This document shows, piece by piece, positions 9,541 to 19,387 of a stretch of DNA of 64,000 nt. The notes beneath the pieces are model-generated. The model was given only the letters and a program-made list of their open reading frames with translations, was not told the DNA's origin and did not search any database. Made by a program: the position numbers and the translations under genes. Numbering within the stretch: position 1 is the stretch's first letter; each line of letters opens with the position of its first letter. This DNA comes from Candidatus Omnitrophota bacterium (GTDB lineage: Bacteria > Omnitrophota > Omnitrophia > Omnitrophales > Aquincolibacteriaceae): the NCBI GenBank assembly GCA_043732705.1, contig JAYTHE010000032.1:2005-66004 (forward strand). The letters are read 5' to 3'.

Positions 9541-10769
9541 AAATTTACCATTATCGCGCTAAAAAAAGCCCGACCGAAGTGAGAGAGGGAACTCTTCAAG
9601 CTGAGACTGAAGAAGAGGTCATCACGAAGGTTAATGATATGGGGTTAGTAGTGGTTCAGATTCAAGAGGTAACTGATAAGCCCGAGTCTGCGGCCTCTGC
9701 GCTTCATACCAATGAGCGCGCGCGTCCGTATCGAGGCCTATTGGGGCATGCCGTGACGCGTTTCTATAAGCAGTTTGGCCGACTCATTCAATCGGGTATC
9801 CCTATACTTCAGGCACTGAAGTTAATGGCTGATCAAACTGAAAGTGTCCGTCTCAAACATATTATTCAGGAAATCCAAAAAAATGTTGCTGAGGGGCTTC
9901 CTTTGTCACAGGCGCTATTTAAATATCCCGAGTATTTTTCCCCGTTTGACCTTGCCATGATCGAGGCCGGAGAATTGGTGGGACATTTGGACGAATCTTT
10001 GAAGCGGATAGCAATTTATCGAGATAGCCAGGAAAAACTGATGTCGAAAATCCGCGGATCGCTTGCATATCCGATTTTTGTGACGGTGGCGGGAGTCGCT
10101 GCGATTGTTTTTATGCTGTCTTTTGTGATGCCTAAGTTTAGTTTGTTTTTCTTGGATTTAGGACAAGAGCTGCCGCTTTTAACCCGGCTTTTAATCGGAG
10201 CTAGTCACATTGCAGAAAAAAGCTGGATCGGAATTTTAGGCGCGGCCGTTGTTTTATTTTTTATTTTCCGACGATCTTTACAGGCGGATGCCAAGCAAAT
10301 GGGGTGGCATCGTTTTTATTTAGGGCTTCCCAAAATCGGCCGCTTGATTGTGTATTCACAATTTTCACGATTTGCGCGAACTTTGAGCCTCTTGCTTGAA
10401 AGCGGAATTCCGCTGCTTAAAGCTTTACAGACTTCTTTGCCCGTTGTTACCAATCAAGTGATCCGCGCGCAATTACAGGTTTGCCACGCCGCGATCGTTG
10501 AGGGCGGCAGTTTTGGGGAAGCTTTGCGCCGCTCGGATCGAGTACCGGTTTTTGTGACCCAATTAATTCGAGCAGGCGAAGAGTCTGGGCGGCTGCAAGA
10601 GTCGTTGAATGATATTTCCGATTGGTATGAACAAGAGTTGCAGGAGAATGCGGAAGTTTTAACCAAACTTTTGGAACCGATTTTAATTTTAGCGGTAGGA
10701 GCGATCTTAGGGCTGATGGTGATTGCGGTGCTGCTTCCCATTTTTAGCATGAATGCGGCGGTTTCTTAA
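9537..10769 (+). CDS. gspF: GspF/PilC inner-membrane platform protein
   Basis: Two tandem GspF domains with three transmembrane segments; ATGA overlap with the gspE stop (the alternative upstream start at 9513 is less likely). Confidence 0.85.
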   Translation: MKIYHYRAKKSPTEVREGTLQAETEEEVITKVNDMGLVVVQIQEVTDKPESAASALHTNERARPYRGLLGHAVTRFYKQFGRLIQSGIPILQALKLMADQTESVRLKHIIQEIQKNVAEGLPLSQALFKYPEYFSPFDLAMIEAGELVGHLDESLKRIAIYRDSQEKLMSKIRGSLAYPIFVTVAGVAAIVFMLSFVMPKFSLFFLDLGQELPLLTRLLIGASHIAEKSWIGILGAAVVLFFIFRRSLQADAKQMGWHRFYLGLPKIGRLIVYSQFSRFARTLSLLLESGIPLLKALQTSLPVVTNQVIRAQLQVCHAAIVEGGSFGEALRRSDRVPVFVTQLIRAGEESGRLQESLNDISDWYEQELQENAEVLTKLLEPILILAVGAILGLMVIAVLLPIFSMNAAVS

Positions 10770-10776
10770 GTTATTC

Positions 10777-10876
10777 TGCCTCTGCGCGAGTAACCGATAC
10801 TGTGATAATTAAAGCCTCTACGCAAAAGCGCAACCGGCACGATCATAATGAATGCCTCTGCGCAAGCGCAACCGGC
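10777..10876. repeat. three direct repeats (GCCTCTGCGCAAGCGCAACCGGCA-like) at 36-40 bp spacing, just upstream of gspG
   Basis: Copies at 10777, 10813 and 10853; the last two are near-identical over about 24 nt; followed by RBS GGAG and ATG 10888. Confidence 0.5.
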
Positions 10877-10887
10877 AAAAAGGAGTA

Positions 10888-11317
10888 TATGAAAATGAAA
10901 GACTTTAAAGAACGAGGATTTACGCTGATTGAGATTTTATTGGTGGTCATTATTATCAGTACGCTTTCGGCAATGGTTTTACCGCGCCTCGTAGGCCGTT
11001 CCGACCAGGCGCGTGTCGCGACGGCGAAAGCGGACGTTCAAGTTAATATTCCTTCGGCATTAAAGCTATACGAACTTGATAATGGATTTTTTCCGTCAAC
11101 GGAGCAAGGGCTTCAGGCGTTATTTTCGAAGTCGGCGACGCAGCCAGTCCCGGAAAATTGGAATGGACCCTATTTAGAAAGAAAACCTATTGATCCTTGG
11201 GGGCGGCCTTACCAATATTTATCGCCCGGAATTAATCGTCCGCATGATTATGATTTATTTTCCATGGGGAAAGTCGCGGATCCAAAAAAGACGGAAGATG
11301 ATATTACAAATTGGTGA
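10888..11317 (+). CDS. gspG: major pseudopilin GspG (type IV pilin-like)
   Basis: Prepilin leader MKMKDFKERG|FTLIEILLVV; GspG-like C-terminus (DPWGRPYQY); the ORF-track start at 10802 would translate the repeat region. Confidence 0.8.
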
Positions 11318-11321
11318 CCGG

Positions 11322-11729
11322 GTGAAATTAAAACCGAAAAGAAAAATAAAAGGTTTTACGCTGATCGAAGTGCTGCTCAGCGTAATGATTCTTTCTTTCG
11401 GTTTGATTACGGTGAATCAAATACTTTTACGTTCATTAAGCATTTTGAGCTATTCACAAACACGTTTTCAAGCCAACCGGGTCTTAGAAAATAAAATTTT
11501 TGAAATTCAAAATCAAACGTGGCATCAAAAACAAGCGCCCTCCTCCCGCGAGGACGGAGTTTTGCTTGGGGACCGCAAAACATTTTCATATAAAATGCAA
11601 TCCGTCAGCGTAAGAGGATCGAAATTTTTATATGAAATTCGTATGGCAATTCATTGGCTTGAATCCGGAAAAGAAAAAGGACTGACGCGAACATTTTATG
11701 CCCGCCTTCCGTACACCCCCCCAGTCTAA
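11322..11729 (+). CDS. minor pseudopilin (GspH/I-like)
   Basis: Prepilin motif KG|FTLIEVLLSVMIL; start ambiguous (ATG 11298 or GTG 11322 five nt after the gspG stop). Confidence 0.55.
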   Translation: MKLKPKRKIKGFTLIEVLLSVMILSFGLITVNQILLRSLSILSYSQTRFQANRVLENKIFEIQNQTWHQKQAPSSREDGVLLGDRKTFSYKMQSVSVRGSKFLYEIRMAIHWLESGKEKGLTRTFYARLPYTPPV

Positions 11730-12339
11730 ATCCGGTTTTACACTGATCGAGCTATTAGTCTCGATGGTTATTGCCGTGTTTGTTGGCGGGGCAATTTTTG
11801 TGACTTTTGCGCAGGGCATTCGGATTTGGCAGGCGGCGGTACGGGAAAGTCAGCATGGCAAAGAAGAGTTTTTCTTCGAAGAGCTGAAATCAGAATTACG
11901 CAATGCTTTCCTCTATAAGAAGTCAGCATTAAATGGACAGAGCCAAATGTTTGAATTTCACACTTTGGCAGCGCAGTTACGCGGAAAAAATAAAAACCAA
12001 AAAATTTGGAAAGTCCCGGCGCAAATTCGTTACCGTTTTGATCCGAGTCAGAAACTCATTCGGAAAGAAGTTACTTTTTATGAGAAGATGCTGACAGAAA
12101 AGGGTGGGGTGGATCAAACCCGGGTTGTTCTTGAGGCTGTCACGGATGTAAATATAGAGTATTATCGACACCCGAAGAAAGGTTCGTCGGCAAGTTGGGT
12201 GCGTCATTGGAGCGACACTTGTTTTCCGGAGGCGGTTAAAATTACAATTGAAACTGAATCCGGCCCTAAGATGAAAGAAGTTCGAATTGTGTCAATTCCC
12301 GCAACTGGGGAATGCACAGAAGAGGAAAGTGCGGTATGA
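11698..12339 (+). CDS. minor pseudopilin (GspJ-like)
   Basis: Leader MPAFRTPPQSKSG|FTLIELLVSMVIAV. Confidence 0.6.
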   Translation: MPAFRTPPQSKSGFTLIELLVSMVIAVFVGGAIFVTFAQGIRIWQAAVRESQHGKEEFFFEELKSELRNAFLYKKSALNGQSQMFEFHTLAAQLRGKNKNQKIWKVPAQIRYRFDPSQKLIRKEVTFYEKMLTEKGGVDQTRVVLEAVTDVNIEYYRHPKKGSSASWVRHWSDTCFPEAVKITIETESGPKMKEVRIVSIPATGECTEEESAV

Positions 12340-13880
12340 GTTTTTGGGAAAAAGCAAAAGACTGTTTAGCGGTTGATTTCTCCGGAAATCAAATGAAGAT
12401 TTTACGTGGTCAGTCCGTAAGCGGAAAAATTGTATTTAAAGACATCTTTTTTAAAAAGTTTTCGCAGGCATCCGATGCGGAAATGATGCGCGAAGTCCTG
12501 CAGTACTTTAAGAAGAATCGTATTTCCACGAAACAAGTTATCTGCACCATTCCTTCAAAATTATTTATCTCTAAAAATGTAGAAATTCCATCGACTGAAA
12601 AAGAAGAGATTGCAAAAATCATTGATTTGCAGGCGGGACGGTTTACCCCTTATTCCCGGGACGAAATTGTGATCGATTTTCTCTGTATGGAAACACCGAC
12701 TCAACATTACACCAGTGTTTTGCTTGTCATTGTTAACCGTACTTTAGTAGACCGCTATTGCCGAATTTTTGAAGATATCGGAATTCCGATTAAGATTATG
12801 ATTGCCTCAGAGGCAATGGTGCTAACCTACCGGGACTTACTGGCGGGTTCTGCGAATAGCTCGGCTGCCCTGGGCGGGCTTTGCATCGGAGAAGACTCGA
12901 CGGATTTTACGGTGATGGACCATAATCAAATGGTTTTTGTGCGTAGTTTGCCGGTTGGCGAGGAGCATTTTCAAGCCGGAAAGGATCTGGCTTCTGCGGA
13001 ATTGATTAAGGAGCTCAATAAATCTCTCTCGGCGTATCAAGACCAGGGGGTAGGAAAACCGGTTAAATCACTTATTTTGACGGGTTTTATTGACGATCCG
13101 AACGGCTTAAAGGCTATGCTGCTAGCCGGTTGTCCTATTTTACAGCGTTTTGAAACAGCTGTGACGACCTTCGGTAAGGCATCTCAGCAATTATTTCAAA
13201 TTAGTGAACAGGCTCTTCAAAAAATAGATAAAGTGAAGCCTGCGTCTTTTATTGAATTGATGATGGTGCTTTCCAAATCTGAGCAGGCGCAAATCGATTT
13301 AATTCCCAAGGAAATTAAGCTTAAGCGCGGTTTCCGCGAACAAAGCCATGAGATTACGAGCTTGGGAATCACGATCATGACAATCTTTATTGTGCTCAGC
13401 CTTTTTCTCTACACCAAAATTTATTTCAAAAATACGCGCATGCAAAAAATAGAGGCCGCCGGCAAAGCCACATTTGACGACGCGCGCATGCTAGAGCGAA
13501 TTTCAACGAAGAACCGGGTGGTACGAAAAATTTTAAAAACACGCGGTAAAGGACTTTCAGCGTTTGATGAGGTAACGGGTTTATTAGGGGAGTCGACCTA
13601 TCTTTCACATATGGGATATGACATTGACGGCAAAATCACTTTAGGCGGAACGGCAGAATCCATGTCCCAGGTGTTTGCCCTGGTGAACCGGCTAGAGGCT
13701 TCGAATCATTATCTGAGCGTCAAAGCGACAGAAACAAAATCACGCCGCGAAGGGACGAAGGACGTCGCGGACTTTGAAATTGTTTGTATTCTGCCGGAAA
13801 GTATCGCGGCAGAGAAATGGGAAGATGAAAAGTCAGGGAAATCAACCGCGTCGACAAGTTCGGAAAAACCCGGCGAATAA
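12336..13880 (+). CDS. GspL-like / PilM-PilN fusion (cytoplasmic actin-like domain, transmembrane segment, periplasmic domain)
   Basis: PilM-like N-terminus (LAVDFSGNQMKILRG); single transmembrane segment ITSLGITIMTIFIVLSLFLY; ATGA overlap with the upstream stop. Confidence 0.55.
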   Translation: MSFWEKAKDCLAVDFSGNQMKILRGQSVSGKIVFKDIFFKKFSQASDAEMMREVLQYFKKNRISTKQVICTIPSKLFISKNVEIPSTEKEEIAKIIDLQAGRFTPYSRDEIVIDFLCMETPTQHYTSVLLVIVNRTLVDRYCRIFEDIGIPIKIMIASEAMVLTYRDLLAGSANSSAALGGLCIGEDSTDFTVMDHNQMVFVRSLPVGEEHFQAGKDLASAELIKELNKSLSAYQDQGVGKPVKSLILTGFIDDPNGLKAMLLAGCPILQRFETAVTTFGKASQQLFQISEQALQKIDKVKPASFIELMMVLSKSEQAQIDLIPKEIKLKRGFREQSHEITSLGITIMTIFIVLSLFLYTKIYFKNTRMQKIEAAGKATFDDARMLERISTKNRVVRKILKTRGKGLSAFDEVTGLLGESTYLSHMGYDIDGKITLGGTAESMSQVFALVNRLEASNHYLSVKATETKSRREGTKDVADFEIVCILPESIAAEKWEDEKSGKSTASTSSEKPGE

Positions 13881-13892
13881 TAAGGTTAGGGC

Positions 13893-14594
13893 TTGATGGC
13901 AAATAAAAAATTTAATATAGGTGAGTTTCTTGGTCAGCGCACCAAAGGCGAAAAGACGCTGGGGCTGGCGGCTGCTATTACTGTTTTTGCGGGATTGATG
14001 TATGGCGTGGTGATCGGCCCGATTTTGACAAAAATGAATGCTATCGACACGGATATTTCAACCAGCCGCGATGAAATTCGCCGCGACAGACGTATTTTAT
14101 CGTTTAAAAATCGAATATTAGAAGAGTATTCCAAGTCTAATTCATATCTGGACTCAACGCAAAAAAGTTCGGAGGAAATTATCGCGACATTGCTCAAAAA
14201 AATTGAGGGTGTCGCAAAGGATAATTCAATTACTGTGAAGGACATTCGCCCCGGAGAAACCGAAATGAAGCCGCAGTTTAAAGTTTATAAAACAAGCATG
14301 GATTGCGAGGGTACTCTCACTAACTTATTGGCTTTAATGAATACACTTGAACAGTCAGACTATCTTTTCCAAATTACTCGCTACAGCTTGGAGCCAAAAT
14401 CAAAAGGCGCGGATATATTGAAAGCCACTCTCGATATCGCCCGTTATCTGATTCCCGCTGAAAAAATCGAGGCTTCCATGCTGGAGACGAACAATATGCC
14501 CGCCGTGCCTGCGGACTCCCCGGCAACGGAAACATCCGAAGTCCCGGCATTTCCGGATATGCCCGGCGATGAACCCAAGCCCAAAAATTCATGA
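13893..14594 (+). CDS. GspM/PilO-like bitopic inner-membrane protein
   Basis: Short cytoplasmic N-terminus, one transmembrane segment, periplasmic coiled region, Pro/Glu-rich tail. Confidence 0.45.
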   Translation: MMANKKFNIGEFLGQRTKGEKTLGLAAAITVFAGLMYGVVIGPILTKMNAIDTDISTSRDEIRRDRRILSFKNRILEEYSKSNSYLDSTQKSSEEIIATLLKKIEGVAKDNSITVKDIRPGETEMKPQFKVYKTSMDCEGTLTNLLALMNTLEQSDYLFQITRYSLEPKSKGADILKATLDIARYLIPAEKIEASMLETNNMPAVPADSPATETSEVPAFPDMPGDEPKPKNS

Positions 14595-15412
14595 ACAAAA
14601 AACGGCTCTTTTTTATTTCTTTTTTTCTTTGCGTAAATTTTATTTTTCCGGTCACCCTGTTTGCGGATCCTGCCGCGCCCGTGGATTCCTCAAGTAATTA
14701 CGAAAAAGCGGTATCCTTTTTAAAAGAAGACCAATACGATTCAGCTATTGAATTTTTTCAAAAAGCATTGCAAGAGGATCACGGCCCCGCCGAACAAGCG
14801 CGGATTTATAATTTGATCGGATTAGCCTATCTCAAGCAAGGTGTTTCAACATCAAGCGCAGTTGGTTCTTTTGAGCAGGCGATTAAACTTGATCCGCAAT
14901 TTGCCGAAGCCTATTTTAATATTGCGAGCGCTTATGCCGGTAATAACGCGCAGACCGAAAAGGCAGCGGAGTATTTTCAGAAAACGATTGAAATTGACCC
15001 GCATTTTTTTAAGGCTTATTTTGGGTTGGGTTGGTTTACTTTGATGCAAAAGGATGATCCCGCTAAGGCCGCTGAATATTTTCAAAAGACCCTGGACCAA
15101 TATCCAGAATTTGCTGAGGCTTATTATGGGATGGGCTTGGCTTATATTCGCACCCACAAACCACATATGGCTTTAGGCGCGGTCTCACAGTTGCGTGGTT
15201 TGAAGCGTGATGATTTAGCCGCGGTTTTGGAGCAGGCGATCAAGGACGTTTCTCCGCCGGCGGATTCAGGAACGCCGGCACCAGCGCAAGCGGTAAGAGG
15301 TGCCCCGGCTACTGCTGCGCCGCAACAGCAGGAAACCGCCCGTCCTAAAGCGCATTCGCCGTTTGAGATGGTGATGAAGGGCCGGCTGACCCCGCCTAAA
15401 AAATCCTCATAG
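14591..15412 (+). CDS. secreted TPR-repeat protein (PilF/PilW-like piloting factor?)
   Basis: Signal peptide; about five TPR units (AEAYFNIASAY, FKAYFGLGWF, AEAYYGMGLAY); ATGA overlap with the previous gene. Confidence 0.55.
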   Translation: MNKKRLFFISFFLCVNFIFPVTLFADPAAPVDSSSNYEKAVSFLKEDQYDSAIEFFQKALQEDHGPAEQARIYNLIGLAYLKQGVSTSSAVGSFEQAIKLDPQFAEAYFNIASAYAGNNAQTEKAAEYFQKTIEIDPHFFKAYFGLGWFTLMQKDDPAKAAEYFQKTLDQYPEFAEAYYGMGLAYIRTHKPHMALGAVSQLRGLKRDDLAAVLEQAIKDVSPPADSGTPAPAQAVRGAPATAAPQQQETARPKAHSPFEMVMKGRLTPPKKSS

Positions 15413-15419
15413 ACCTAAG

Positions 15420-15764
15420 CTAGTCTTTTTTAATTTTTTTCAGTTGATGCTCGAGTTGAGCAACTGCCTGAGCCAAAGATTCCGTGCGGGAGTTTTGCTC
15501 GTTGATATAAAGCGTTAAATGTAAACTGAGAAAAATAACGAAAACAAGCAGCATAAAGAAAATAAAATTACTCGGCAAACTGAAACCCGCCCAATTTGAA
15601 ATTTGAACGAGCAAGCTGTTATTGAACGCAAAAAATAAAGCCACTCCGCAGCCGATAAACCAGTTTGCGGCATATTTAAATGTCATTTTTTCACGGCGTA
15701 TGAGATCTACCACGGCCGCAACGATAATGAGCGCAATGACAATAATCAGGAACTTAGTTTGCAT
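15420..15764 (-). CDS. DUF2304-family small membrane protein (GT2-associated)
   Basis: Four hydrophobic segments; MQTKF start preceded by GGAGAT; classic position immediately 3' of a GT2 polyprenyl-phosphate glycosyltransferase. Confidence 0.55.
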   Translation of the reverse strand: MQTKFLIIVIALIIVAAVVDLIRREKMTFKYAANWFIGCGVALFFAFNNSLLVQISNWAGFSLPSNFIFFMLLVFVIFLSLHLTLYINEQNSRTESLAQAVAQLEHQLKKIKKD

Positions 15765-16479
15765 GTTTGGATATCTCCGGTTTTTTCTTAAGAGCATCGA
15801 TTAGAATGGCAAGTGTTACTTTCAGCATATAATAGAGCGTCGCTAAATAGCGGATGGACGATTGTCCGCCGCGCCGCTCGCGCATTTGGACGGGAATTTC
15901 ACCGATCCGGGACCTGTGGCGCCGCGCTATTTTAATTGCTTCCGGTTCCGGAAAATCAATAGGATAATACTCGGCAAAGCGGCATATCAGGTTGCGGTTG
16001 CAGGCTCTGAATCCCGAGGTTGGGTCCGTGAGGTAGAGGCCTGTCATTAATTTGAGCAGACTACAGAAAAAGCGGATGCCCAGGCGCCGCATCCATGTGG
16101 ATTTAAATGAGTCATCATGAATAATGAAACGGCTGCCGATACAGAGATCCAAATGATTGTCGAGAAGAGGCTGAATGATTTCTTTTAAATAACGCGGATC
16201 ATGCTGGCCGTCGCCGTCAATTTGAACCGCAATGTCATAGCCCATTTCGGCCGCAATTTTGTAGCCGGTTTGGACAGCGCCGCCGATTCCCATATTAAAG
16301 GGCAGGGTCACGACATCGGCGCCGGCTTTGAGAGCCTCAATCTCGGTTTGATCGCGGGATTGATCATTGATGACTAAAATATCGGCAAAAGAAGCGGCCA
16401 AGCGAATTTCCGAGATAAGTCCGGCAATCGCTTTTTCCTCGTTGTAAGCGGGAATAATAATTAAAATTTTAGAGGACAT
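15754..16479 (-). CDS. GT2 polyprenyl-phosphate sugar synthase (DPM1/ArnC-like)
   Basis: IIIPAYNEE...VINDQSRD...DGDGQHDP motifs (DXD). Confidence 0.8.
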   Translation of the reverse strand: MSSKILIIIPAYNEEKAIAGLISEIRLAASFADILVINDQSRDQTEIEALKAGADVVTLPFNMGIGGAVQTGYKIAAEMGYDIAVQIDGDGQHDPRYLKEIIQPLLDNHLDLCIGSRFIIHDDSFKSTWMRRLGIRFFCSLLKLMTGLYLTDPTSGFRACNRNLICRFAEYYPIDFPEPEAIKIARRHRSRIGEIPVQMRERRGGQSSIRYLATLYYMLKVTLAILIDALKKKPEISKHAN

Positions 16480-16495
16480 AGGAAAAATTGAGTAA

Positions 16496-18985
16496 ATGAA
16501 CAGGTTTTTTTTTCAAAAACAAATCCTTTGGTTTTTGGCTTTTTCTATCGCGGTTTTGTTAGGGCTTTATTTCCGCACCTATTCATTGCATCAGATCCAA
16601 ACGCCGCCGCCCGAAAAAATGGCGGCTATTTTTGTTGAGCGCGTGCTCACCAAACAGTTTGAATCCGCTCTTGCTGCGCAAAGTCCAACGCTGTCGGGCG
16701 ATGATAAATTGAAACTGGCGCATGAGCAAGCGCAAAGAATGATTGAGTCGGATCCCGCCAATTATCAAAAAGCATTCAAGCAGGCACTCGATAGGATTAA
16801 TGAGGCCAGGCCGCATGTTTCCGACCGGCATTATTTGCTTGAAGCGGACCCCTATTACTATTTTTATCTTACTGAACAAATTATTCAAAACGGAAAAATC
16901 GCGCAAAAAATAAAAGGCGGCGAATACTTTCATACCTTGATGCATGCTCCTTATGGTTATTGGACCGCGATGACTTGGCATCCTTACCTGGGATACGGGA
17001 TCGGTCGGGTGGTGCATTTATTTTCCCCCCAAATGAATTGGATGGAAACGCTTTGCTGGGTTCCGCTTGTTTTGAGCGTTTTAGCTTGTATGAGTTTTTT
17101 CTTTTTAGCCCGGGCACTTCAAATGGAATTTTTCCAGGTTTTGATCGGCGGCTTGGCTTTGATGCTTTCGCCAATTTTTATGCAGCGCAGCGGATATGGC
17201 TGGTATGACACAGATCCTTATAACTATATATTCCCATTTTTAATTCTTGGGGTTGTTCTCACCGGACTTAGGAGCCAGAAATGGGCCGCCCGGTACGCAG
17301 TTTTAAGCGGCTTTTTAACGGGCCTTTACAGTATGTTTTGGACCGGCTGGGCATTTATGTTTTTACTTGTACCCACCGCGCTTTTGGCTGCCTATATCGC
17401 GGCGCGTTATGTTTTTCGGGTACATCCGAAGCCGTTGAGTATTTTTTTAAAGTATGGGGCGATTCACTTTGCGGCCTCAGGCTGTTTCGCGGCGCTTTTT
17501 TTGACTCCGCATGGACTTTGCAAATCTATTTCACTGGGATGGGAAATTTTGAGGAAGTTTTCTCTCTCGGACGGAGATGTTTGGCCGAACATTTTTCTTA
17601 CCGTAGGGGAAGCAAGGGGCGCCTCACTTAAAAAGCTTATTTATTTGTCCGGAAATTACATCACCTTTGGAATTGCCGTGTTCGGACTCTTGCGCTGCGG
17701 TTTAAAAGTTTACACAGAAAAAAAATCTGAAAATCTTGCCAAGTGGCTTTTTCTGTTTATTTTTTCGATTCCTTTATTTGTTTTGCCGTTTAAAACGGAG
17801 CGTTTCGCAGTGCTTTTTGTTGTGCCGCTTTGCATTTGGGTGATGTACGGGGCCTGTGAAGCGCAGGAACAGCTTAAAAATTTATTCAAAAAAATTATCG
17901 CGAATCCCACCCAGGAAGGCCTGTTAAAAAAGTTGAGTGCGGGGGTCATTATGCTTGTTTTTCTGCCCTTGCCCTTAATTACAGGCCATCTTGTTTCATT
18001 GGGAACAAAGCCGATCATGGACGACGCTTGGTTCGATACCATGCAGGAATTGCGTCAAAAAACTCCTGAAAATGCGGTCGTCAATAGTTGGTGGCCGCCG
18101 GGTTACTTTATTTCGGCTTTGGCGCACCGGCGCGTGATTGTGGACGGGGGAACGCAGCATTTACAGGAAGCTTATTGGGTCGCGCGGATTTTAGCGGCGC
18201 AAGACGAAAAAGAAGCCGGGGGTTTATTGCGGATGCTCAACCAAACAGGTAATGACGCGCTTCTTTTTCTAAAAGGATTCGGCGTTGAAATTTCAGACGC
18301 GATTGATTTAATTTCCTCCGTCGTTTCTGTTCCGCGCGAGCAGGCAATGAAACTACTTCCGCCCGACATGCCGCAGCAAGTAAAAAACCGGTTTTTGGAT
18401 TTAACGCATGGCACGGGAAAGATGCCGGCCTCTTATGTCTTGGTCTACAGTGATCTTATCGAACAAAACTTGGCGGTTACGATGATCGCACGTTGGAATT
18501 TTAAAAAAGCGCGTGAAGCAAAAACTCACCGCAGTTCAAATTATGCCCAAGATTTTATGAGTATGACGAATGGGGTTTTAAAGTACATGCCTGCGGCGGG
18601 AGTTCAAAAACAGGAGGGCAAAATCCTTTTCTTTTCAAGCGGACTGATGATTAACTTAGATTTAATGGATGCCGTTATCAGCTCGCCGCAGAAAAATATT
18701 CACGGCCGGCCGGTAAGTTTGTTTTTTATGAAAGACGGAAATTTGGAAGAAAAGGTTTTTGAAGGGCCGCGGGTCGACATGTCGGCGCTTTTGGTTCATG
18801 ATCGAGACGGAAGTTACCGGGCTGTTTTGGCTGACGCGCGTTTGATTCGTTCACTCCTGTTCCGCCTTTATTATCTTAATGGCGAGGGGCTCAGTTACTT
18901 TAAGCCCTTTTCAAGACAAAAAAATCCGCTCGATAACAATGAAGTGAGCGTTTTTGAATTTAAAAATGAAGCATTTCAATCTTAA
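16496..18985 (+). CDS. STT3/PglB/AglB-family oligosaccharyltransferase
   Basis: More than 10 transmembrane segments; EL1-like EADPYYYFYLTEQIIQNG...YGYWTAMTWHPYLGYGIG; DxD (YDTDPY); C-terminal NSWWPPGYF...IVDGGTQH matching WWDYGY...LVDGGKH of PglB. Confidence 0.7.
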   Translation: MNRFFFQKQILWFLAFSIAVLLGLYFRTYSLHQIQTPPPEKMAAIFVERVLTKQFESALAAQSPTLSGDDKLKLAHEQAQRMIESDPANYQKAFKQALDRINEARPHVSDRHYLLEADPYYYFYLTEQIIQNGKIAQKIKGGEYFHTLMHAPYGYWTAMTWHPYLGYGIGRVVHLFSPQMNWMETLCWVPLVLSVLACMSFFFLARALQMEFFQVLIGGLALMLSPIFMQRSGYGWYDTDPYNYIFPFLILGVVLTGLRSQKWAARYAVLSGFLTGLYSMFWTGWAFMFLLVPTALLAAYIAARYVFRVHPKPLSIFLKYGAIHFAASGCFAALFLTPHGLCKSISLGWEILRKFSLSDGDVWPNIFLTVGEARGASLKKLIYLSGNYITFGIAVFGLLRCGLKVYTEKKSENLAKWLFLFIFSIPLFVLPFKTERFAVLFVVPLCIWVMYGACEAQEQLKNLFKKIIANPTQEGLLKKLSAGVIMLVFLPLPLITGHLVSLGTKPIMDDAWFDTMQELRQKTPENAVVNSWWPPGYFISALAHRRVIVDGGTQHLQEAYWVARILAAQDEKEAGGLLRMLNQTGNDALLFLKGFGVEISDAIDLISSVVSVPREQAMKLLPPDMPQQVKNRFLDLTHGTGKMPASYVLVYSDLIEQNLAVTMIARWNFKKAREAKTHRSSNYAQDFMSMTNGVLKYMPAAGVQKQEGKILFFSSGLMINLDLMDAVISSPQKNIHGRPVSLFFMKDGNLEEKVFEGPRVDMSALLVHDRDGSYRAVLADARLIRSLLFRLYYLNGEGLSYFKPFSRQKNPLDNNEVSVFEFKNEAFQS

Positions 18986-19039
18986 GCAGCAACTCAAGTT
19001 GAGGTCTAGAAAATTCCGATGCCGGCCGATAATCTAAGC

Positions 19040-19387
19040 ATGAAAATTCAGCATTTTATTTTAGTTTTATTTCTTCTTGTTCCCGCTGTTTCTTTTGCGG
19101 CAGATGACAAAAAAGAAAACGAGTCTGTAAAAGTAAACGGCATTGTTTTTAATATCGCCAAAGACCGAAAAATTGAAAAAATCGGCGGAGTTTATGAGCC
19201 GGAAGGCATTGATAAGTATGTGGACCGGCGCATGAGCGAAATGACAGAGCGACTTCAAAGAATTGAAATCCAACTTGATGAGACTAATAAAAAGCTGGAT
19301 AAGGTTTTCACTCAGCTGGCTTCAACCGTATCTGTATCCGCACCCACTTCGGCGCCTATTCCAACGAAAGATAAAACTAAAAAATGA
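19040..19387 (+). CDS. small secreted coiled-coil protein
   Basis: Signal peptide MKIQHFILVLFLLVPAVSFA|ADD. Confidence 0.4.
   Translation: MKIQHFILVLFLLVPAVSFAADDKKENESVKVNGIVFNIAKDRKIEKIGGVYEPEGIDKYVDRRMSEMTERLQRIEIQLDETNKKLDKVFTQLASTVSVSAPTSAPIPTKDKTKK

Noticed and set aside
10802-10887. N-terminal extension of the gspG ORF in the ORF track
   Set aside because: The extension would translate the direct-repeat region. The prepilin leader, RBS GGAG and ATG at 10888 give a canonical short leader, so the true start is 10888.
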